This document shows positions 25,526 to 36,248 of a stretch of DNA of 64,000 nt, piece after piece; within the stretch, counting starts at the first letter, position 1; each line of letters begins with the position of its first letter. The stretch covers positions 84,692,001-84,756,000 of the forward strand of contig CM059436.1 in the NCBI GenBank assembly GCA_030390025.1. Direction: 5' to 3'. The position numbers and the translations under genes were made by a program. The stretch comes from Squalus acanthias. Taxonomy: Eukaryota. The notes beneath the pieces were generated by a model. It did not search any database and was not told the origin of the DNA. It was given only the letters and a program-made list of their open reading frames with translations.

Positions 25526-26229
25526 AATAAAAGCTTACTGCGCTTGTTTATAGATTTCCTTATTCCTGGTTTATTCTTATGTATAGTGGGTACGGCGAGT
25601 TTATAAATAGAGAGGGAAGTCTCATGGGGAACCTGCCCCTTTTCTGAGCCAGAATCGTGTGACCTCTTTCCACTTGCCTGTGCCCTAGACATGGTTCCAT
25701 CAAGTAGCAATTTCTTTTAAGCAAGACAAGGCAAGATGACAAGAATAAGTGGAGGAACCAGCAATAATGTATAATGAAGCGGTAATATTTAGCAATGATC
25801 TTTAAGCAATGTTGAGCAACAAGGCTAAATTTAGTAACTTTTAGTAGTTATGTTTCAAGGACAAATTAAACAAAGGTACAACATAATTAACTACATAGGT
25901 ATGGTAAAATGCAAAAACTCAAACTAAAGAAGCTAGATAATTTAAAAACAAGGCTCAGAGAAAAGGAAGCAAGGTAATTGTATGTAATCAGCAATTGATT
26001 CTGACACAATGATTAATGATCCAACCCACTTCATTTATTATGCACCACATATTATGCAAAACTCTCAAAAAAACCTTTGAAGAATGTTATATTTCCACAG
26101 ACAATTTTTAGATTGGTACCTGCTTAGAGCATCATGGGGCCAGCAGACTCAAATTATACTGCTGGCTCTGCTCAAAGTGGAACTTCGCTGGTATCCAAAT
26201 GCTGGTTAAATGTTAATGTTGGTGAAGAG

Positions 26230-26600
26230 ATATAGGGTATAGAAAGGATTCAGAGAAGAGTGAGGGTGATTCCAAGCCCCAAGGGGCTACAATTATGAAG
26301 AAAGGCTCAAGTGACTAAACTTATTTTTCCTGAAAAAAACATACTGAAGGAATACGTGACGCAGGTATTCAAAATAATGAAAGGTACAGATGAGGCTGAA
26401 GTAAACAAGCTGTTTTACTTGGGTTATAAGCATAGAACTAGAGGAGAAAAGATTCTTGAGCAAGATTAGAGTTTAGTTAAACCTTATTTTTCACCCATAG
26501 GATAGCAGATATGTGGGGCAGACTCCCAGAGAAGGTGGTTGATTTAGTATCAATTGACCCCTTTAAAAAATTGGACAAATCTTTGTTGAGAAGGGGCAAC
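26230..26600 (+). mobile_element. Old degenerate CR1 3' fragment
   Basis: ERIQRR, YEERL.. and LFS-like remnants followed by FK..LDKSL. Confidence 0.6.
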
Positions 26601-26605
26601 ATAAT

Positions 26606-27339
26606 GGGCCAGATTCTGCTGTCAAAATAATGGTGAGGCTAATGGCGCTCACTGTTATTTATGCGCAAATGGTACAGCAACTTCAGGCAAGGGGCAGATT
26701 TTTAAAAGTTCCTGTCTGATTGTGCCACTCCTCCATCATCTTCGCAAAATGGCATCATGCTGTCTGACCCACCATTGAAATGCTTTGAATGGCATGAAGT
26801 TGTTGTATTTGTGCAGTGGATACGAACTAAACTTGCCACAGAAAGTTAAGTCAAGTTATTTCAAGTCTAAGTTCCCTTTTAACAATGTGATGTGTTAATT
26901 ACTGCCAAGCAACCTCTCTGGCACTGAAAATTAACTATTAAAAGTGTGGAGTCTCATCCCTTCAGGTGTCAATTGCTGTTTGAGATTTAAAAAATTGTAA
27001 AAATTGAATTTTAAAAAAACTTTTCCTTTGTCTCTTTTCTCTTAATCCAATCTTTCTTTCCTGCTCTTTATTTCTTTCTGTACCTGCTTTGACATTGAAT
27101 GCACCCACTCTAATTTATACTTCATTCTCATTCCTTGCACTGTTACTTTCACAATCCTTCAATCTGATAGGTTAAGGAGATACACGGTTGTTTTCCCTGT
27201 TCACTCAGGCCCCAGATGCCCTGTTTCCCTTGCTTTCAGTTTGCACTTTCAGCAAAAATTGTAATAACCTAAAGGTGCAAGGGCAAGTGTAACTAACGGT
27301 AGACACCATTAGATGCCCTACTACAATAAAATCTAGGCC
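26606..27339. mobile_element. Harbinger-like MITE
   Basis: TIRs GGGCCAGATTCTGCTGT / ACAATAAAATCTAGGCC flanked by a 3-bp AAT duplication (26603-26605, 27340-27342). Confidence 0.7.
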
Positions 27340-28629
27340 AATGTTTCTAAATTGTTTGTCCATCTCCAGGCAAATTCAAACCACATTTCATTAAAGGGTG
27401 AGAGTTAATTTATGTGGCTGTTTTGTACAGATCATTTAATCTAACATTGTTTTTGAACTTACATATTTGAAGCGACTGTTAATTCATCCAAGATAAATCT
27501 CTCTCTACCAGCTGGTAATCATGTAAAATACATTCTATGAATCAATCAGCTGTCTCTTGGTGACATTTTTACACATCTTCTGCCATTTGACAGATTTTTC
27601 TGACAGTTTTTGTTCCATTTTAATAGAACTAGAGAGCTATTATGTCTGCAGTCTAATCATATCTGCACTCTAAGATTCAAATTCTATGTTGAAAATATCG
27701 ATTTATTGAATCTTTCAAATATTATAAATTAGAATATATGCAGTGTTCTCCAGTCAAGAGTGTGGGATATTAAATAGATCATAATTGCATTCTAATGGAA
27801 CTGGGCTTTAGTTCGTCATTTTCTTACCAATCTTGACCTTCTGAATAGTCAATTTTCTTGAAATGCAATCATCTGCAATTTTCATACTTATGGGGTAGCT
27901 TTATTCATGAAAAATCATGGTGGCCTTCCTACAGCTAGTAAGGAAACAACTGGTAAACTTCATAAGTCAGTAGGTGACAGAATCCTTTTCAAATTACTCT
28001 ACCTCTCCCTTCACATCACCTACCTCATCTCAACATTCATGGGCACTACTTCATTGCTTATTATCTGCATGTTGTGAAGTTCCCCATAATGTAACCATTA
28101 GGAGATAAGGCCAGGATAAGAGATTCTTGCTGCTGTTATCTCAGTTACCAAGAAAAAAAGTGAGTTTCAGCTCTTTCATGAACCTCAGAACAAATTAGGA
28201 AAATTAGTGGGGGGGGGGGGGGGGGAAAGAGGGCGGGGAAGAGAGGGGTAGTAGGCAGCTCCAACTACTTTTTTTAAATTGCAAGGGATTCCAATGTGGA
28301 GACCATACAATCATTTACTACCCAGATGCCATGATGGGCCAAATTTTAAGTGGAGTTAGGTCTAGATCAGTCATGGATAAATAAACACATCAGATATCCA
28401 TTTGAATTATTAAATTCTGTACTTTATAGATGCAGGAAGCAATTGTAAAATAGGCTCAGGAGGTGTCCCTCTTTTCCCCAGTTGCGTATCTTTTGTCTAG
28501 GTCATAGAGTAGAACCAAATAAAGGATATGTAATTGATGGGACTTTACAGTCTGATGGAAAGCACTACTCATGCCTAATCATGTTGTAGCCAAAGCAGTT
28601 TTGAAGCTAGGGCATGGCATAATCAAGCT

Positions 28630-28945
28630 TTTTATTAATTTATTCTTGGGATATGGGCATTGCTAGCAAGGCCAGCATTTATTACCCATCCCTAGTTGCC
28701 CTCAAAAAGGTGGTGGCGAGCCTTCTTCTTGAACTGCTGCAGCAGGTGTGATGAAGGTGCTCCCATAGTGCTGTTAGGGAGTTCCAGGATTTGACCCAGC
28801 AACGATGAAGGGATGGCAATATATTTCCAAGTCAGGATGGTGTGTGACTTGGAGGGGAACTTGGAGGTGATGGTGTTCCCATGCACCTCCTACCCTTCTC
28901 CTTCTAGGTGGTGGATCACAGGGTTGGGAGGTGCTGTCGAATTGG
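28630..28945 (-). mobile_element. LINE 3' end (CR1/L2-superclade family, same as 51785-52085)
   Basis: Reverse complement closely matches 51785-52085 (HTILTWKYIA..., GGATGGGxAATAAATGCTGGCC tail). Confidence 0.8.
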
Positions 28946-29299
28946 CGAGTTGCTGTGATGCAGAATCAAACTCAAACAGTAAAAGTAATTTAAAAACATA
29001 ACTTAAGCACAGAGCAGAAAAAGGCACACTACTGTTTCTCTGTAAACATTAATTACACTCATAGAAAGGCAGATGGGCATTTGGAGAAGTGAAGGGTGGA
29101 GAGGTTGAAGGGAGCAGCGGCCACAGTGGTGATATTATAGGCTCAAAGTGAATCAAGAATTCCAGCTGCAATAGCCATAAAAGGACAGGCGTCCCCACAG
29201 GGATGTGGCTTAGAAACCACCTGAAGGAAAGAAAGCAATGCGTTTTTATTTGGGGAGTGATGTTGCGGTAGTTGGGCAGGGTGGAAGGGGGAAAAGTGT

Positions 29300-30170
29300 A
29301 CAGAGTGGAGCATTCCAGGGATCAGTGCTTTACTGTCCCTAATAACCATTAACAACTTCAATGCTGAAATCCAATACAAACAGGTTAAATTGGTAGAGAA
29401 TACCAAATCGGGGGTGGGGTGCAATTGAGCCAGAGGATGCAGCCAAATTTACAACAGGAGTTAGATAAAATCTGCAAATGGGCAGAACAGTGGCAGGTGA
29501 AATTCAATACCAATAGTCACAAGGTACTGCACATTGGAAGCAAAATTGAGCATCCTAAGCATAGTTTGAATGGCATGAAAACAGCAAATGAAGCTAAAAG
29601 GCATCGAGGAATGATGGTAGATTCAACTAACATGTCAAGTCACTGTGGGGCAGCAATAAGCAAAGCGCCCAGAATACTAATAAGTACAGGTTAAATCAGA
29701 ATGTCAAGCTAATATTGTGCAGTATACTGGTCAAACCACACCTCGAATATTGTGTTCACGTTTGGTCACAAAGACTACATTGATGTTGCTACCTACAACT
29801 TACATTAAAAGCACTATATAAATGTATCAAAATGTCCCAAAGCACATTACAGATGGATATCAGAACTGAACAAAATTAGGAAGGAAATTAGGGCAGGTGG
29901 CCAAAAAGTTGGGTTTAAGGAGGCCTTTGAAGGGGTGAGATATAGCAAGGGAGGGGTTTAGTGAAAACATTCCAGAATGTGGGGAAAAAATGCTGAAGGC
30001 CGTCATTGATTATATAGCAGAGGGAGGAGGACCGTACAGTAGACAAGAGTTGGATGAGCAGAGGGTATGAATAGGGATGTAGGGCTAGAGGAGGTTGCAG
30101 AAGTATAGAGGAAAGTAACAGAGAAATTTGTAGATGAGGACAACAAACTGAAGGATGGAGAGATATGGAG
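29300..30170. mobile_element. Degenerate CR1 (+, ~29300-29780) followed by an L2 3' end (-, ~29790-30170)
   Basis: LQQELDKICKWAEQWQVKFN..KVLHIG on +. ACAACTTACATT...GGTTTAAGGAGG pattern shared with the L2 ends at 55660 and 55948. Confidence 0.6.
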
Positions 30171-30184
30171 GTCAACAGTGCCAA

Positions 30185-30780
30185 CGTTATTCCCCAGGAC
30201 CATGTGGCACCACCTTATAAAAATGGAGAAAAACACTCCCAAGAATCTCTCTCACCAGCACAAGGTAAACTCTTCTGTGATCATCAAATTCAACACTGGC
30301 ATTATGGCATCCCCGGGGTATACAGTCAGGACTTTCTAAAGTGGTCCTGTCAGTCTCTTGAAGCCGGGGTGAAGCCTCCGGGCTTGTAACAAGGTACCTA
30401 CTACTGCCTTCTTCTGAAGAGAAAATGAAAACGAGGCCAATCTGCTGCAGTAGCCATGATTGGAATTGTTTGGGCACCGATTTTTATCCCTGAATCTCTT
30501 CAGCATCACAACTTGTTCCCTAACGAGGCATTTACCTGCAACTCCACAAGGAAAACATTCTAAAATCAGGTATGGCTGGAGAGTAAGTTACCTTGAGATC
30601 CAATTCTTACTCAGCCAGCAGGAAGTAACAGGTCTTGTGGCCTGGATGAGCAAAATCCCTGCTTCATGTATATACCAAATATCCTCCATGGCCATGGGAA
30701 TGGTGCACAATGTCAAGACAGGTGTTGCTTTTCCAAACCGTCCCCATGGTACGCCAAATACAAAAACAGCAGTGGTTATG
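30185..30780 (+). mobile_element. Highly decayed non-LTR RT remnant, possibly I/Nimb clade
   Basis: Frameshifted ISLTS..GKL..IIK...QSG...LEAGVK pattern. Clade assignment is tentative. Confidence 0.3.
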
Positions 30781-30789
30781 GTGTTGGAA

Positions 30790-32845
30790 AAATGGCACCA
30801 TGGCAAGTTGTGGAACTGAATGCAGTAAATCTGGTAATTTATGGGCTAACACCAGAAATATAACAATGAAAACTTCCAGATTGTATCAAAAAGCCAACAG
30901 TTCTATGGATATGTGAAGAGAAAAAGATTGGTGAAGTCAAGCGTAGGTCCCTTGCAGTCAGAATCAGGGGAATTTATAATGGGGAACAAAGAAATGGCAG
31001 ATCAATTAAATACATACTTTCGTTCTGTCTTCACAAAGGAGGACACAAATAACCACCCAGAGATGTCAGGGAACATAGGGTCTGATGAGGGAAGAACTGA
31101 ATGAAATCAGTATTTGTAGGGAAATGGTGTTAGGGAAATTGATGGGATTGAAGGCCGATAAATCCCCAGGGCCTGATAATCTACATCCTAGGGTACTTAA
31201 GGAAGTGGCCCTAGAAATAGTAGATGCATTGCTGGTCATCTTCCAAAATTCTACAGACTCTGGAACAGTTCCCATGGATTGGAGGGTAGCTAATGTAACC
31301 CCACTATTTAAAAAAGGTGGTAGAGAGAAAACGGGGAATTTTAGACCGGTAAGCCTGACATCGGTAGTGGGGAAAATGCTAGAGTCCATTATAAAAGATG
31401 TAATAGCAGAGCACTTGGAAAACAATGACAGGATCGGACAAAGTCAACATGGATTTACAAAAGGTAAATCATGCTTGACTAATCTTCTGGAATTTTTTGA
31501 GGATGTAACTGGTAGAATAGATAAGGGAGAACCAGTGGATGTGGTGTATTTGGACTTTCAAAAGGCTTTCGATAAGGTCCCGCATAAGAGATTAGCGTGC
31601 AAAGCTAAAGCACGTGGGATTGGGGGTAAGTACTGACTTGGATAGAGAACTGGTTGGCAGACAGGAAGGAAAGAGTTGGAATAAACGGGTCTTTTTCCGA
31701 GTGGCAGGCAGTGACTAGTGGGGTACCGCAGGGATCGGTGCTAGGACCCCAGTTATTCACAATATATATTAATGATCTAGACGAGGGAACTAGATGTAGT
31801 ATCTCCAAGTTTGCAGACGACACAAAGCTGGGTGGGCATGTGTGTTGTGAGGAGGATGCAGAGAAACTCCAGTATGATTTGGGCAGATGCAGTATAATGT
31901 GGATAAATGCGAGGTTATCCACTTTGGCGGCAAAAACAGGAAGGCAGATTATTATCTAAACTGCAATAGATTGGGAAAAGGGGAAGTGCAACAAGACCTG
32001 GGAGTCCTTGTGCACCAGTCATTGAAGGTAAGCATGCAGATGCAGCAGGCGGTTAAGAAGGCAAATGGTATGTTGGCCTTCATAGCGAGAGGATTCGAGT
32101 ACAGGAGCAAGGATGTCTTGCTGCAGTTGTACAGGGCCTTGGTGAGACCACACCTTGAGTATTGTGTGCAGTTTTGATCACCTTATCTGAGGAAGGATGT
32201 TCTTGCCATGGAGGGAGTGCAGCGAAGATTCACCAGACTGATAGCTGGGATGGCAGGAATGACGTATGGAGAGATTGGGACGATTGGGCTTATATTCGCT
32301 GGAGTTTAGGAGAGGGGATCTCATTGAAACGTATAAAATTCTAACAGGACTAGACAGACTAGATGCAGGAAAGATGTTCCCGATGGCAGGGGAGTCCAGA
32401 ACCAGGGGCCACAGTCTAAGGATAAGGGGTAAGCCATTTAGGACTGAGATGAGGAGGAATTTCTTCACCCAGAGAGTGGCGAACCTGTGGAATTCTCTAC
32501 CACAGAAGGCAGTTGAGGCCAATTCATTAAATATATTCAAGAAGGAGTTAGATATATTTCTTAAGGCTAAAGGGATCAAGGGATATGGGGAGAAAGCAGG
32601 GACAGGGTACTGAATTCGGATGATCAGCTATGTTCTCATTAAATGGGGGAGCAGGCTCGAGGGGCCGAATGGCCTACTCCTGCTCCTATCCTCTATGTTT
32701 ACTAATGTCCTTCAAGTCTGAGCCAACATATTACTCCAGTCCCATATGTGGTTAACTCTTAATACACTTAAGACAACTAGGACTGGGCAAGAAATGCTGC
32801 CATTACTAGTGTTGTCCACATCCGAAGAACTAATTTTTAAAAAGC
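30790..32845 (+). mobile_element. Shark SINE-like element split by a CR1 insertion (halves 30790-30903 and 32701-32845)
   Basis: Joining ...AAAAAGCCAACAGTTC to ACTAATGTCCTT... reconstitutes a recalled shark SINE. Its tail (AACTAGGACTGGGCAAGAAATGCTG...CCACATCC) resembles the LINE tail at 52021-52070. Confidence 0.6.
30904..32700 (+). mobile_element. CR1 LINE, ~1.8 kb 5'-truncated, near-complete RT domain with frameshifts
   Basis: [59 protein letters not shown] and WNSLP motifs, with a 3' UTR. Confidence 0.95.
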
Positions 32846-33598
32846 CATGAGGCATCAAAAACCAGTAAGACAGCAGTGAGGACTACCAGCTCACACTAGA
32901 TGGGAGTGCTTACTGGAGCCAGAATTTGCAGAGATTCAACTTAAAAGGCAGTCTAATCAAAATGTAGCAACACTGCTCAAGGAATTGGGGGATAATACAT
33001 GGCTGAATCCCTTATCTATCTGCTTCCAGCAACATCTTCCAATAGCAGCTAGAGCAGTGATGGACAAAACCAACAAGGGAAGCTCTGGCTAATGTGGGTG
33101 TTACAGTAGATAACTTGTACCATCAAATCTAAAGACTGAATGAGCTATTCCCATCCTGCAAATGCTCCTTTACTCTATAATAAAGTCAAATCACTGTTTA
33201 GGAGGATTCCATCCTTTATCAACTGTCTTTGACACTTTCAGAATGAATGTTAACTGAGGCTTGGGAAGTATCTGCGATTCCAACTAGTCAAGGCTTTGAT
33301 CATTTTCGTACAGGATGCCAGGGTTTCCAGTGAAGCCAAGCCTGATGTAGCAAGTGAATTCCCCATGGCTAGAATCATAGAATGGTTACAGCACAGGAGG
33401 CCATTCGGCCCATCGAGCCTGTGCCAGCTCTCTGCAAGAGCATTTCAGCTCGTCCCACTCCCCTACCCTTTCCCCGTAGCCCTGCAATTTTTTTTCCTTC
33501 AGGTATTTATCCAATTCCCTTTTGAAAGCCATGATTGAATCTGCCTCCACCCTTTCAGGCAGTGCATTCCAGATCATAACCACTTGCTGCATAAAAAT

Positions 33599-33920
33599 TC
33601 CCAGTTTTAAAAAAAAAGTAAAAAGCTTAACTGCAGACTGCAGCATTTGACACGTTGGACCCCGTGACCCCACCTCATTGTCTTAGCTGTACTCTGCTGT
33701 GTCTTTGATGTAATGCCTCCCTGACTGATTGTATCTCTGCAGACACATTGTTCTCTGTCTATATATACTTTGTAACTGATTTGTATTCCCTCACTGTACC
33801 TGACGAAGGAGCAGCGCTCCGAAAGCTCGTAATTTCACATAAAACTGTTGGACTATAACCTGGTGTTGTGCGACTTCTCATTTTTGTCCACCCCAGTCCA
33901 ACACCGGCATCTCCGCATCA
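33599..33920 (+). mobile_element. Penelope-like element terminal fragment, family A
   Basis: Flanked by an 11-bp direct repeat TGCATAAAAAT (33588-33598, 33921-33931). Carries a hammerhead core. Its last ~120 bp match 51359-51485 in reverse. Confidence 0.75.
33797..33831 (+). ncRNA. Minimal type I hammerhead ribozyme
   Basis: CUGACGA + extra A, stem II GGAGC/GCUCC, GAAA, palindromic stem III AGCU, cleavage triplet CUC, short stem I UAC/GUA. Confidence 0.7.
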
Positions 33921-34579
33921 TGCATAAAAATAGTTTTCCCTCATGTTGCCTTTGGTTCTTCAGCCAATCACCTTAAATCTGTATCTTCTGGTTCTCGAGG
34001 TTTTAGAGTAAATGAATACTGATTCTCTAATTGCTGCTGAGAAAAAACATTTAGCTCCAGCACTGGTAAAGTTTTGGGGTTGGAGGAGGCTGTGAAAACA
34101 CATCAAGCTCTGCTCACTCATCTTTGACTGTTGGTAAAACTATCCCATTAGCCTTATTCCAACAGTAAAAAGTAGTTCAGCAGACAACCTGATGCATTTA
34201 AAAATTCATCTCCACACTTCCGCCAGTCAGTTTCAGAAACTGCATCCTTTCAGTAGACTACTGCAGTTAAAACTTTGGTGTTGGTTCAGTGAGGGAATTC
34301 CAGCACACTAAAACAGGATGCACAATGCAGCTGCCCCATAGATGCAACACCAGAATGAGGCTTTATCCACAGAATGGGAACCATATTTTTGTGCAACTAC
34401 TACAAAGCACTAAATGTAAAGGGTTGCATTTCATTGCACTACCCAATTGGTTTAACAAGTTATTCATTGGTGTGTGGGGACTAACCAAGGAATAAATCTG
34501 TGGTATAAAATATTGAGTTCAGGTAAAATGCACAAGTCAATAAATTAGTATTTTCAAATGGATGTAGAAAATCACATTT

Positions 34580-34666
34580 GGGTAATTTTGACTTTTATGG
34601 AAATAAAAATCAGGAGAGACGTACAACGGGCTGCCAATTCGCTATCACACAAAGTCAAAATTACCC
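34580..34666. mobile_element. Very short MITE
   Basis: Perfect 16-bp TIR GGGTAATTTTGACTTT / AAAGTCAAAATTACCC. Confidence 0.75.
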
Positions 34667-35047
34667 CAGTATCTGTAAACAGGCAGTGTTGATATTTACC
34701 TAAAGACTACACCTAAAAAGAAGCCATTTACCCATGTTTACCAAAAATCCAATTAAAACAGCATTTGTGCAATTGGCTTAAATAACAGATATTTCCCCTC
34801 CCTCATTAGTCCCACATCCTACACCAGGGAGCTGGACAAGATGGCCTGCTCCCAGCCAGCCACTAGAAAGTACAAACTGCCTGGTGAAAACTTCCCTTAT
34901 TTTTGAGGGCAGGCACCTGACTTCCACTAGGCGCCACCTCCGCAGGAATTCATTCCATCGGCCCTAATGCTGGTGCCCTCATGTTATTCCACCTCCCACA
35001 CTGGCAATGTTCCTGAAAGCTAAGATCAGCACACTAATAGGAAAAAG

Positions 35048-35053
35048 TTTATT
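35048..35053 (-). terminator. Candidate XRN2 polyadenylation signal
   Basis: TTTATT on + (AATAAA on -) about 1.1 kb past the XRN2 stop. Usage is not demonstrated. Confidence 0.25.
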
Positions 35054-35207
35054 CCTCATCAAAATAATTAAAGAGTCAAATATTTTTTAACTCAACAAAT
35101 TGTTGTCTGTATGTAGCGATCTGCTCATTCATGTTTTCAGTTAAGTATCTGGATACTGATCAAGCTAACTTGAGTCTGATGACTTGATAGGATGTTAGAA
35201 AATATTA

Positions 35208-35362
35208 GGGTAGATTTTAACTTTCACCGCCGGTGGTGGTTGCAGATCACCCGCCCGTTATACACCCAGACAGGTTTTCCTTTCCATTGACTTCATGTAT
35301 AAAGGACTGCCGATCCACTAGTGGCAGGTTTTCCCACTGGTGATGAAACTTAAAATCTACTG
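35208..35362. mobile_element. Short palindromic MITE
   Basis: About 28-bp imperfect TIR GTAGATTTTAACTTTCACCGCCGGTGG / CCACTGGTGATGAAACTTAAAATCTAC, with central TCCATTGACTTCA. Confidence 0.7.
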
Positions 35363-36188
35363 CATCATCTCAAAATTTCTTCAAGCCAAGGCACATTATT
35401 CAATGCTTATTTATCTACTTAAACCCATCCTGAGGAAGTGCAGTTGTACTCAAAAGCAGAAGAAAAATAAATCGCACAACTACAGTAACTGAACAAAAAG
35501 AATTTGATGGTATTTCTGCACTAAAAACGGATGTAGCGTATCAACAACTTCCCAATGTTCCCAGTAATCAAATATTTATAAGTATGAAGGTCATGAAATA
35601 TGTTCCTAGAAGTATACAGCTTTCAAGAATCGACACTAATAACCAAAGTATGTTTCAAAAATTGAAAAATCCCCACATTTGAAACATACTATTTAAAAAG
35701 CTTTTCTTTTAAGAAAGACATGCACAAATGCAATTACATTTGTATCTCAGATGAATTAGCTTCAAGAAAATTATAGAAAGAAAAACATGAAACAGAGAGG
35801 AATAGTAAACCAAAAATGGTAAAGCATTTACTAAAGATCACTTCTGATGTACAGTGTACAGGAATAAAAACTCAATTGGTTTACCAATTTTACGAGGCGT
35901 ACTAATCCATTATGATGTTAACAATTAAACTTGGCTGTATAGATTCTGCAATATATTTACCACGCCCCGTCTTGACAGTTTAAAAAAAATGGAAACTGCA
36001 GAATCCATTTTACAGCAAGTGAAACATGAAGCACAAAAATACATACAAACAAGTATTATAGTTTCACATTAAAAACTAGGTCAAGCACTCTTTACAGGTA
36101 TTATGGTTAAAATTCAGCTTGGATGTATGCTGATCAATTAACTGGACCCTGTAAGGCACAGCTTGTGTTGCAGAGCCAGGTAGCGCTT

Positions 36189-36248
36189 TTAATTCCAGCT
36201 GTATCTTGCAGAATCTGGTGGCAATGGGTACTGTCTCCCAGAATACCC
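36189..36248 (-). CDS. XRN2: XRN2 last coding exon
   Basis: tttttcag|GYSGRQYPLPPDSARYSWN* (TAA at 36191-36189). Matches the XRN2 C-terminus GY...YPLPPPSGRYNWN. Confidence 0.95.
   Translation of the reverse strand, partial: GYSGRQYPLPPDSARYSWN

Larger units (their letters stand above)
33370..33998 (-). mobile_element. CR1 3' fragment interrupted by a Penelope-like insertion
   Basis: WNALPERVEADSIMAFKRELDKYL on -. The CR1 sequence resumes after 33931. Confidence 0.88.

Noticed and set aside
28208-28250. G-quadruplex-like G run (also C runs at ~8790-8820 and ~62640-62666)
   Set aside because: Simple homopolymer tracts with no context suggesting function.
31085-32613. Active reverse transcriptase gene
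   Set aside because: Multiple frameshifts, stops and 5' truncation make it a dead CR1 copy.
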